Positions 1-8,385 of a DNA stretch of 64,000 nucleotides are shown here, in pieces (the first letter of the stretch is position 1; each line of letters begins with the position of its first letter). The position numbers were made by a program, and so were the translations under genes. The notes beneath the pieces were generated by a model. The model saw nothing but the letters and a program-made list of their open reading frames with translations. It had not been told where the DNA came from and did not search any database. The DNA comes from Candidatus Lustribacter sp. (GTDB lineage: Bacteria; Vulcanimicrobiota; Vulcanimicrobiia; Vulcanimicrobiales; Vulcanimicrobiaceae), in assembly GCA_965277805.1 (NCBI GenBank), contig OZ255842.1, positions 768,001 through 832,000 of the forward strand, in the 5' to 3' direction.

Positions 1-308
1 GGCGGATGTCGCGCTGGACGCCCGTGCAGCGGCCCGATGCTTCGCTGACGGCCGGCGAAGTCGCGCAGCAGGCGGCGTGGCTCGCGCGCTGGGGACAGCT
101 GACGCTCGAGGCATCGCTCGGAGCCCCGCGCTTCGTGCTCCAACCGGGCGAAACGATCTGTCTCGACAATTACCGGATGCTCCACGGGCGCACCGGATTC
201 GACGATACGGAACGCACGTTGTGGCGCATCTGGGCCTGGACGACCGAAGCGCTCGCCGTTCCCGAGGGCATGTTGTTTTCGGACAGCCGGTTCGCGGTGG
301 TGAAATAG
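1..308 (+). CDS. TauD/TfdA-family 2OG-Fe(II) dioxygenase, C-terminal part (starts before the window)
   Basis: LQPGETICLDNYRMLHGRTGF...R matches the DNxRxxHGR C-terminal motif. Confidence 0.75.
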   Translation, partial: RMSRWTPVQRPDASLTAGEVAQQAAWLARWGQLTLEASLGAPRFVLQPGETICLDNYRMLHGRTGFDDTERTLWRIWAWTTEALAVPEGMLFSDSRFAVVK

Positions 309-331
309 CACCACCGGCCGCGCTCGCCGAA

Positions 332-1114
332 GTGCCCGTTCACCACGACGCGCCGGCGATCGCCGTTCGCGGTTTGCGTGTCGATTTCACGCTCGAGCGC
401 GGCCGCACGGTCACGGCGCTCGAGAACGTCGATCTCGACGTTGCGGCCGGCAGCTTCCTCGTTGTCATCGGCCCATCGGGCTGCGGTAAGTCGACGTTGC
501 TGCGCGTGATCGCCGGGCTCACCGAACCCACGGCCGGAACGATTCGCGTCGGCGACTCGACGCCGCACGCGCTGGTGGCGGAGCACCGCTTGGGCATCGC
601 CTTCCAGGATCACGCGCTCTTACCGTGGTTGTCGGTGTTCGACAACGTCGCGTTGCCGTTTCGCGTTGCCGGACAGCCGGTCGATGCCGCGCGCGTCGAC
701 GAGCTGCTCGCGCTGGTCGGCATGTCGGAATTCGCGACCGCCCGTCCGCGCCAGCTCTCGGGCGGCATGCGTCAGCGCGTCGCGATCGCGCGGGCGCTCG
801 TCCTTCGCCCGCGCATTCTGTTGCTCGACGAGCCGTTCGGCGCGCTCGACGCCGTCACGCGCCGTCAGCTCAACATCGAGCTGCAACGCATCTGGTCGAC
901 GCAGCGCATCACCACCGTGCTCGTCACGCACTCGATCGACGAAGCGGTGTTTCTCGGCGACCGGGTCGTCGTGATGACGCCGCGACCGGGCCGCATCTGC
1001 CGCGACGCGGCCATTCCGCTCGCGCGCCCGCGCGGGCGCGAGGTGTTGAGCGAGGCGGCTTTTCACGCACTGACCGACGATCTCGCGCGCGCGCTCGACG
1101 ACGTGACGCCCTAA
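332..1114 (+). CDS. ABC transporter ATP-binding protein (TauB/SsuB/NrtD type)
   Basis: Walker A GPSGCGKST, LSGGMRQR signature, LLLDEPFGALD; start GTG 332 chosen, uncertain. Confidence 0.92.
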   Translation: MPVHHDAPAIAVRGLRVDFTLERGRTVTALENVDLDVAAGSFLVVIGPSGCGKSTLLRVIAGLTEPTAGTIRVGDSTPHALVAEHRLGIAFQDHALLPWLSVFDNVALPFRVAGQPVDAARVDELLALVGMSEFATARPRQLSGGMRQRVAIARALVLRPRILLLDEPFGALDAVTRRQLNIELQRIWSTQRITTVLVTHSIDEAVFLGDRVVVMTPRPGRICRDAAIPLARPRGREVLSEAAFHALTDDLARALDDVTP

Positions 1115-1848
1115 TGCGTGCCTTCTCCGTCGTCGCGGGTCTCGTTGCGCTGGCCGCGTTGTGGGAGCTGATCGGCCGCCTGCAGTTGTTCGGAACGACG
1201 TGGCCGCCGTTGAGCGCCGTCGCGGCGTACCTCGCCGTTGCGGATCATCAAACGCTGCTGGCAACGGCTGCGCTGCGCACGGGCAGTGAAGCACTGGCCG
1301 GACTCGCCATCGGCAGCACGGCTGCCATCGTGCTGGCGAGCCTCGGCGTGCTCGTACCGCCGGCGGCGCCCGGCCTCGGCGCGTTGGCCAGCCTCGTGAA
1401 CGGCATCCCGGTCATCTCCATCGCGGGCGTGTGCGTGTTGACGTTGCCGCGCGACGTCACGCCGGTCGTCGTGGCGGCGTTGGCCGTCGCATTCATCGTC
1501 TTCGTGGCCGCGAGCGCGGCGCTCGCCGGTTCGTCGATCACGAACCGCGATCTGTTCACGGTTCTCGGCGCATCGCGCCTGACGACGTTTCTGCGGCTGG
1601 ACGTTCCGGGCGCGATCGTGGGAACGCTCGACGGCCTGCGCACTGCGGCGCCGGTTGCGGTGGTGGGTGCGATCGTCGGCGAATGGTTCGCCGCGGAGCA
1701 CGGTCTGGGACCGTTGATCGTCGCGTCGATGCAAAACTATGCGATCGAACAGCTGTGGGCAACCACGTTGGCCGGTACGCTGCTGTCGGTGCTCTTGTAC
1801 AGCGTGCTCGGCGGAGTGCGCGCCGTCGCCGGCGCGCGCCTGGCCTAA
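1114..1848 (+). CDS. ABC transporter permease (SsuC/TauC type)
   Basis: Hydrophobic helices, VVGAIVGEWF...GLG motif; ATG overlaps upstream TAA. Confidence 0.88.
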   Translation: MRAFSVVAGLVALAALWELIGRLQLFGTTWPPLSAVAAYLAVADHQTLLATAALRTGSEALAGLAIGSTAAIVLASLGVLVPPAAPGLGALASLVNGIPVISIAGVCVLTLPRDVTPVVVAALAVAFIVFVAASAALAGSSITNRDLFTVLGASRLTTFLRLDVPGAIVGTLDGLRTAAPVAVVGAIVGEWFAAEHGLGPLIVASMQNYAIEQLWATTLAGTLLSVLLYSVLGGVRAVAGARLA

Positions 1849-1851
1849 CCG

Positions 1852-2610
1852 GTGAGCGCCGTGCTTCCGCGCCTTTCGCGATTCGCTGCGTTGGCGTGGC
1901 CGGCCGTGCTGCTCGTGCTCCTGTGGCAGATTTGGATCGTCGCCGCGAACGTGCCGGTGATCGTGGCGCCATCGCCGGGGGCCGTGGTGGCGGAATTGGC
2001 GCGCGACCCGCTGCTCTACGCTCACGCTGCGGCTTGGACGATCGGCGTCGCCGTCGCAGGACTCATACTCGGCCTCGCGCTCGGCATCGCGCTCGCGATA
2101 GCGGTGTGGTTGACGCCGTTCGCGGCCGGAGCGATGACGGTGCCGGCGCTGCTCGTGCAATCGACGCCGCTGATCGCGATCTTGCCGGTCATCGCGCGCC
2201 TGCTGGGCTACGGCGAACAGACGGTCGTTGCGGCTGCGGTTGCGATTACGTTTCTGCCGACATTCGTCATCGTCGGCGCCGGTTTGCGCACGTCACCTGC
2301 GGGGGCCGAAGGCGTGTTTGCAGCGCTCGGTGCAACGCGCAGCGCGCGCCTCTTCTTGCTCGCGCTTCCGGCCGCCGTGCCGAGCGCGCTCGTCGCACTG
2401 CGCATCGCCGCGGCGAATAGCATTCTCGCCGCACTGGTTGCCGAATATCTCATCGGCCAGACCGGACTCGGACGGCTCTTTGCCGACGCGCAGAGCCAGT
2501 TTCTCACCTCGCGTTCGTGGGCCGCGAGTCTCGTTGCGACCGTCATCTCCGTCGGCGCCTACGCCGCGGCGCGCTATCTCGAACGTTACGGAAAGCGGTT
2601 TGCCGCGTGA
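1852..2610 (+). CDS. ABC transporter permease (SsuC/TauC type)
   Basis: Hydrophobic, LAALVAEYL...GLG motif. Confidence 0.88.
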   Translation: MSAVLPRLSRFAALAWPAVLLVLLWQIWIVAANVPVIVAPSPGAVVAELARDPLLYAHAAAWTIGVAVAGLILGLALGIALAIAVWLTPFAAGAMTVPALLVQSTPLIAILPVIARLLGYGEQTVVAAAVAITFLPTFVIVGAGLRTSPAGAEGVFAALGATRSARLFLLALPAAVPSALVALRIAAANSILAALVAEYLIGQTGLGRLFADAQSQFLTSRSWAASLVATVISVGAYAAARYLERYGKRFAA

Positions 2611-3599
2611 TGCGCCGGAGCGAATTTCTCGCTGCGGGTGCGGCGGCTGCCGGCGTCACGGCGACCGGGTTGCCGGCGCGCGCTTCGACGACGGTGACGA
2701 CCCAGCTGCAGTGGATCAAGGATTCGCAAAACGCCGGCTGGTGGGTTGCGGACGCCGACGGCTACTTTCGTGCCGCCGGCATCGACTCGACCGTGTTGGC
2801 CGGCGGCCCGAACATGTCGCAGCTCGAGGCCGTCGTCGATGCCGGCCGCGCGGACGTCAGCTTCGATACGCTCGAACGCGTCATCGACGCCAATGCCGCC
2901 GGCACCGATCTCGTGATCATCGGCGCGCTCTATCAGCACAATCCGCTGGCGATTCTGTCGCTGCCCAAGAATCCGATCCGCAGCCCGCGCGATCTGCTCG
3001 GCAAACGGCTCGGTTTGCAGCAGGGCGGCAACGTCTATGTGGATGCGATCTTGGCGCTGAACCACTTGCCGAAGACGTATACCGAAATCGTTGTCGGATC
3101 GACGCCGGATCCGTTACTGCAGGGCGCGTGCGACGGATTTTTGTCGTTCATCACCAACGAACCGCTGGTCTTGGCCGCGCGCGGCATTCCCTACGTTACC
3201 GCGACCTTCGAGCAACTCGGCTACTACACGTATGCGGATTGCCTGTTCTGCCGCCGCGACTACATCCGCGCGAACCGCGATCTGCTGGTGCGCTACTTGC
3301 GCGCACTGCAGCGCGGCTGGGCGGTGAGCGTGCGGGATCCGGAGCTTGCAGCCCGGCTCACCGTAACGACCTACGGCACGGGGCTCGGACTGGACGAGCG
3401 CAAGGAATTACTCACCAGCCGCGCTCAAGCGCCGCTGTTCGTGAGCGACGAGACGCGCGCGCACGGCATGCTGTGGATCGACAAAGAGCGCGTGGCGGGG
3501 CCGGTCTATACGACGTTGCGCGCGACGGGGCGAACGAATCTGCCGCCGGTGGACCGCTTGATCGATACGTCGCTGCTCGTCGAGGCGGCGCGCACCTGA
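2610..3599 (+). CDS. ABC substrate-binding protein, NMT1/THI5-like, Tat-type leader
   Basis: MRRSEFLAAG leader; QLQWI...GYFRAAGID motif. Confidence 0.88.
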   Translation: MRRSEFLAAGAAAAGVTATGLPARASTTVTTQLQWIKDSQNAGWWVADADGYFRAAGIDSTVLAGGPNMSQLEAVVDAGRADVSFDTLERVIDANAAGTDLVIIGALYQHNPLAILSLPKNPIRSPRDLLGKRLGLQQGGNVYVDAILALNHLPKTYTEIVVGSTPDPLLQGACDGFLSFITNEPLVLAARGIPYVTATFEQLGYYTYADCLFCRRDYIRANRDLLVRYLRALQRGWAVSVRDPELAARLTVTTYGTGLGLDERKELLTSRAQAPLFVSDETRAHGMLWIDKERVAGPVYTTLRATGRTNLPPVDRLIDTSLLVEAART

Positions 3600-3600
3600 C

Positions 3601-4935
3601 TTAGGACACCGGCCACGTTCCCGCGATCGGCAGGCCGAACTGTTGTCGCAGGCGTGCAGCGGCCGTACGCGCGCGCGCACGGATGGCGCTTTCATCGGCG
3701 CCGGTGACGCGGCCGTCGCGCACCACGAAGCTGCCGCCGACCATCACGGTTGCGACGTTGCTGCCGTTGGCCGCGAAGACGAGGTTCGAGACGACGTCGT
3801 GAATGGGCGTCGTGTGCGCACGATCGAGGTCGACGAGAACGATATCGGCCAGTTTGCCGGCTTCGAGCGAGCCCAAATCGCGCCCGCGGCCGATGGCGCG
3901 CGCGCTGCCGAGCGTGGCCAGTTCGAGCACCGTTTGCGCCGGCACGGTCGCAGCGCGCCGCCGCATCGCGTTGTGCAAGAGCGTGGCGGTCTTCATCTCC
4001 GCGAACATGTCGTGACTGTTGTTGTTGAGGCCGCCGTCGGTTCCGAGCCCGACGCTGACGCCGGCGGCGAGGGCGTCGGGCAGCGGAAAGATCCCGGTTG
4101 CCATCTTCATGTTGGCGACCGGACTGTGCGCGAGATGCGTACCGGTATCGGCCAGCAAGCGTAGTTCGTCCGGCGTCACGGAGCTGCCGCCGATCAGCAG
4201 AACGTTGGGGCCGAGCACGCCGTTGACGTGCGACCATTGCGCGGGGCGCATGCCGAAGGTGTTGTCCATGTAGTACGAGTCTTCGATTTCGGAACAAAAG
4301 TGATACGTGATCCCGACGCCGAGTTCGCGCGCATCTGCGGCGACGCGGTGGTAGAACTCCGGAAAATAGCCGTCGCCGGGCCGGCGCGGAATCATCAAGC
4401 CGAACCACATCTGCACGCGCCCGGCGCCCGCACCGTTCCAGCGCCGCACGTCGGCGGCTGCGGTCTCGTCGCCGGGCTCGGTCCAGCGTGCGAGCACGGC
4501 CCGGATCCCCAAGCGTTCGATCTCGGCGGTCAAGGCGGCCAGGTCGTCGCGCGGATCGACGTTCGGGCTGACGAAGCACGTCGTTCCGGCGAGCAGCATC
4601 TCGATGGTGCTCAGAGCGTAAGCGGTGAGGGTATCGGCCGGATCCCGCTCGCGCAGATACGGCTCGACGATCTCATCGAGAAAGGGCATCCAATGCCGCT
4701 CGTCGCCGAGGCCGCGCAGCAGTGATTGATCGGCGTGACCGTGCGTATCGATCAGGCCCGGGATCGCGACCATTCCGCCGCCGTCGAAGCGCTCGGCGGC
4801 CGGATAGCGCGCGCGCAGATCGCGTGCTTTGCCGACCTCGGCGATGCGTTCGCCGTCGACGGCGATCGCCGCTTCGGCGACGATCCGCCGCGTTGCATCG
4901 ACGGTCACGGCCGTGACGTTGTCGATCAGGAGCAC
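3601..4935 (-). CDS. Metal-dependent amidohydrolase (MtaD/AtzA-like deaminase family)
   Basis: PGLIDTHGH, HSPVANMK, GLGTDG, GSLEAGKLADIV motifs. Confidence 0.88.
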   Translation of the reverse strand: MLLIDNVTAVTVDATRRIVAEAAIAVDGERIAEVGKARDLRARYPAAERFDGGGMVAIPGLIDTHGHADQSLLRGLGDERHWMPFLDEIVEPYLRERDPADTLTAYALSTIEMLLAGTTCFVSPNVDPRDDLAALTAEIERLGIRAVLARWTEPGDETAAADVRRWNGAGAGRVQMWFGLMIPRRPGDGYFPEFYHRVAADARELGVGITYHFCSEIEDSYYMDNTFGMRPAQWSHVNGVLGPNVLLIGGSSVTPDELRLLADTGTHLAHSPVANMKMATGIFPLPDALAAGVSVGLGTDGGLNNNSHDMFAEMKTATLLHNAMRRRAATVPAQTVLELATLGSARAIGRGRDLGSLEAGKLADIVLVDLDRAHTTPIHDVVSNLVFAANGSNVATVMVGGSFVVRDGRVTGADESAIRARARTAAARLRQQFGLPIAGTWPVS

Positions 4936-4948
4936 CGCGCAACCTCGC

Positions 4949-5953
4949 TCACCGCAGCGAAGGATCTGCGGCGTAGACCTCGTCCAAGGGAGAAAAGTCG
5001 AACAGCCGGTTCGCAGCGATCGTGACGCCGCCGGCGCGCAACAGTTCGAGGTTGTGTTCGATTTGCGCGGGTGTCATCGAGAAGAGCCCGTGCGTGCGCG
5101 TTTGCGCTGATTCCATCAAGGTGCGCTGGATCGTGCTCTGTTGGATTTGATCGGCCAGCGTGAGTCCGAGGTCGCGTCCGTACTCCCCGACCGTCACCTG
5201 TGCGCTCAGCGCCGGCGACGCCAAGCTCGCTTTCCAGCCGCGAATCTCGGAGCGCAGCAGTGCTTTCACGGCTTCGCGCTGCGTGCGCAAGGTCGCATCG
5301 GAGACGATGTAGTTGTTGTTGACCAGCGGATAGCCGAATTCGCCCAGGCCGAACGTGTGCAGCCGAATGCCGGCTGCTGCGAGCTGGTGCGGCACGTTGG
5401 TGACGAATGCCAGCAACCCGTCGACTTGATTGTTGGCGAGCGGCGCCGGCGTCGATCCGACCGTGATCGTCGTGATGCTTGCCGGATCGATCGCGTTGAC
5501 GCGCAAAAACGCCGTCCACGTCAATTCGTTCCCGCCGGGAACGCCGATGCGCTTCCCGATCATGTCGTGCGGCGTGCGCAGCGGGCGCGCGGCGGGCGAG
5601 GCGATGATGTAGGGGCTGGTTTGATATTGCACGCCGATCGTCTTGAGCGGGGCACCCTGCAGCAGGGCGGAGGCCGTGACGGAAAGGCTGCTGATCGAGA
5701 CCAGCGCTTTGCCCGTCATGACCATCACTTCAACCGGTGGCGCGCCCGGGCCGCCGGCCAGCAGCGTGACGCTGGAAAAGCCGGCGTCCCGATAGTAACC
5801 GCGCTTGTCGGCAAGATACTCGCCGGCCCACTCGACGTTCTTGACCCACGGCAGTTGGAAGACGAGCGGCCCGAGATCGGCGCGCGGCGCCGCTCCCAGG
5901 AACGCCGACGCGGCTGCGCCCGCTGAGACGCGGGCGAACGTTTCACGATTCAT
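4949..5953 (-). CDS. ABC substrate-binding protein, NMT1/THI5-like
   Basis: QLPWVKNVEWAGEYLADKRGYY; paralogous to 2610-3599. Confidence 0.87.
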   Translation of the reverse strand: MNRETFARVSAGAAASAFLGAAPRADLGPLVFQLPWVKNVEWAGEYLADKRGYYRDAGFSSVTLLAGGPGAPPVEVMVMTGKALVSISSLSVTASALLQGAPLKTIGVQYQTSPYIIASPAARPLRTPHDMIGKRIGVPGGNELTWTAFLRVNAIDPASITTITVGSTPAPLANNQVDGLLAFVTNVPHQLAAAGIRLHTFGLGEFGYPLVNNNYIVSDATLRTQREAVKALLRSEIRGWKASLASPALSAQVTVGEYGRDLGLTLADQIQQSTIQRTLMESAQTRTHGLFSMTPAQIEHNLELLRAGGVTIAANRLFDFSPLDEVYAADPSLR

Positions 5954-5984
5954 TTCCGTCTTACTCTTTTATCGTGGGGAGTCT

Positions 5985-6000
5985 GTACCATTTGTCCAAA
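5985..6000. promoter_or_regulatory. 16-bp motif GTACCATTTGTCCAAA, copy 1 (candidate operator)
   Basis: Exact copy at 8267-8282; both copies intergenic. Confidence 0.55.
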
Positions 6001-6039
6001 GAGGAGCAATAAGGAAACCTGAATGTTATCGGACTCCCC

Positions 6040-7011
6040 ATGAGCGTGCTGCATGTTGCCGTCGACGCGCGCGATCTTGCCCGCGACTGGCGCGGTATCG
6101 CGCGCTACGTGCGAGCGTTGCTCGCGCGATTCGCTCGGCGCGACGACGTGACCGTCACCCTCGTCGAGCCCAGCCCCTTCGGCCAGCGCGCGCCGCGCAC
6201 GGCCGACGTCGTCTGGCATCCGTGGAACGGCACGTTCTTCAGCGCGCGCGTTCCGTCGGTCGTGACGTTCCACGATGCGGTGCCGTTCCGGTTTCCGGCC
6301 GCCGATTCGCGCAAGCGCCGCAACGACCAGCTGCCCTGGCTGCGTTCGGCCGCGACCGCGTGCGCGTTCATCGCGAACTCGCGTTTCACCGTGGCCGAGG
6401 TCGAACGTTTTCTAGGCGTCGACGCGGCGCGTCAGACGGTGACCTGCTTTGCCGTCGAGCGCGATGTGTTCGCGCCGCAAGGCGACGTTGCGGCGCTGCC
6501 CGACGGACGCCCGTACGTGTTCTTCGCGGGGGCCTCGGAGCCGCGCAAAAACCTGGCGACGTTGCTCGAGGCGCACGCACGCGCGTTTCCCGCGGGCGAG
6601 GTCGCGCTCGTGGTCGCCGGTGCGGCACCACCGCCCGGCGCGCGCGCTCATTCGCTCGGAACGCTGGAGCCGGTCGAGCTCGCGCGCTGGTACCGCGGTG
6701 CGCGGCTGGTAGCCGTGCCCTCCTGGTACGAGGGCTTCGGCTTTCCGCTGCTCGAGGCGATGACGTGCGGCACGCCGGCGCTCGCGTCGCGTACGACCGC
6801 GCTCGTGGAAGTCGGGGGCGACGGCTGCGCCTGGATCGACGATCCGCTTGACGTCGAGGCGTGGTCGGCGGGGATGCTGCAGCTCGCAAGCGACGGCGAA
6901 CTGCGCGTCCGGTTACGCGACGCCGGGATCGCACAGGCGGCAACGTTTTCCTGGGACCGGTGCGCGGCGGAAACCTTGGCCGTGCTGCGCCGGGCAGCGG
7001 AGCACGCCTAA
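6040..7011 (+). CDS. Glycosyltransferase family 4 (MtfB/WbaZ-like)
   Basis: EPRKNL and PSWYEGFGFPLLEAMTCG motifs. Confidence 0.9.
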   Translation: MSVLHVAVDARDLARDWRGIARYVRALLARFARRDDVTVTLVEPSPFGQRAPRTADVVWHPWNGTFFSARVPSVVTFHDAVPFRFPAADSRKRRNDQLPWLRSAATACAFIANSRFTVAEVERFLGVDAARQTVTCFAVERDVFAPQGDVAALPDGRPYVFFAGASEPRKNLATLLEAHARAFPAGEVALVVAGAAPPPGARAHSLGTLEPVELARWYRGARLVAVPSWYEGFGFPLLEAMTCGTPALASRTTALVEVGGDGCAWIDDPLDVEAWSAGMLQLASDGELRVRLRDAGIAQAATFSWDRCAAETLAVLRRAAEHA

Positions 7012-7014
7012 GTA

Positions 7015-8247
7015 GTGGAGGCCCGGCGCAACCTGCCGATGGCCGTAAGCGGCAGCGTCGCGGCGTTCATCGTTTTGTTCGTCTATTTGGGAATACGCCA
7101 GCTCCTCGGATTGCGCATCGGCGGGAACAGCGGCACGTATTTGCAGAGCGCGCTATCGTTTCTGCACCACCTGAACACGCACAATCTCTCCGATCACACC
7201 TCCAGCACGGCGGTGCACGACCAATGGTTGCTGATCGCCCTCTGCCCGTTCGTCGCGCTCTGGCCGCACGTCGAAACGGTCGTGATCGTGCAAGTCGTCA
7301 GCGTCGCGGCGAGCGCGATCGTGCTGTGGTACCTCGTGCGTGCCCTTGGCGGAACGCGTGGCGCAGCGACCGCGCTGAGCATCGCGTGGCTCATCAGCCC
7401 GTCGCTCGAGGGCTTTGCGTTCGGTGATTTCACGCCGGAGCATTTCGTGCCGCTGCTGGCGTTCGCGCTCGCACTCGCGATCGTGCGCCGCGCGCCGGCG
7501 GCGGCGCTGATCCTGGCGCAGCTGCTCTTCGGCGTAAAGGAAGACGTCGTGCTGCTCACGGTCTGGACGTGTACGATCGTGCTCTGGCAGTCGAACCGGC
7601 CGTTGGCCCTGGCGATCGCGGCGCTGGGCGCGGTCAACCTCGGGGGCTACGAGCTCTATGCCGCCGCGCATCACTACCACTCGCTGCTGCCAGGCTACGG
7701 CTTCACCGATCCGCATCCGCTCGAACACGTGCTGTTTCTGCTCGAAGTGCTGACGCCGCTGGCGTTCGCGCCGCTGCGGCTAGGTTGGCGAATGCTGATC
7801 GTGCTTCCGTTCCTGGCCGAGCTCTTTCTCGTGCAGAGCTACGCGGGTGGGCTTCTGGTGCGCAGCGGCAGTTACTACACGACGCCGCTCCTCACGCTGT
7901 TCGGTATCGGTACGGCCGTAGTCGTCGCGCGTTTGCCGCGCACGGCCGATGTCGCGCTCGGCCTGAGCGTCTTATGCGCGTTGACGCTCAATCCGACCGC
8001 GCTGCGTTTCGGCCGGCACCTCTCGGCGCCCGATCCGCTCTACCCGGTCGCGCGCGCGTGGGCCGGTGTCGATGCGCCGGTCGCATTTCCGTGCGCCGAT
8101 CAGGGCGCCTGGGTCGTCGCGGCTACGAACCCGCATGCCGACCTCGTCGGCTGCGATGAAGCCATGACGCGTCAACGGGCAGCGTATCGCGATATCCCGC
8201 TCGGTTCGACCGCCGCGTGGACGCGCGGTCCGGCGGCCATGAAATAA
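7015..8247 (+). CDS. Polytopic membrane protein, DUF2079-like (possible GT-C)
   Basis: Many TM segments, DFTPE and VKED motifs; start may be ATG 7039. Confidence 0.6.
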   Translation: MEARRNLPMAVSGSVAAFIVLFVYLGIRQLLGLRIGGNSGTYLQSALSFLHHLNTHNLSDHTSSTAVHDQWLLIALCPFVALWPHVETVVIVQVVSVAASAIVLWYLVRALGGTRGAATALSIAWLISPSLEGFAFGDFTPEHFVPLLAFALALAIVRRAPAAALILAQLLFGVKEDVVLLTVWTCTIVLWQSNRPLALAIAALGAVNLGGYELYAAAHHYHSLLPGYGFTDPHPLEHVLFLLEVLTPLAFAPLRLGWRMLIVLPFLAELFLVQSYAGGLLVRSGSYYTTPLLTLFGIGTAVVVARLPRTADVALGLSVLCALTLNPTALRFGRHLSAPDPLYPVARAWAGVDAPVAFPCADQGAWVVAATNPHADLVGCDEAMTRQRAAYRDIPLGSTAAWTRGPAAMK

Positions 8248-8266
8248 AGCTCCACGCCGCGAGAAC

Positions 8267-8282
8267 GTACCATTTGTCCAAA
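8267..8282. promoter_or_regulatory. 16-bp motif GTACCATTTGTCCAAA, copy 2 (candidate operator)
   Basis: Exact copy of 5985-6000, about 100 bp upstream of the TonB receptor. Confidence 0.55.
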
Positions 8283-8385
8283 AATATGCAAATGATAAGG
8301 GTTAAGGCCACGCTAACCTTGCGGCATATCGAGCTAGCCTGGTCGCATTTGAGCGCAGGCGGCATTTTCCTAATACAGAGGTTCT

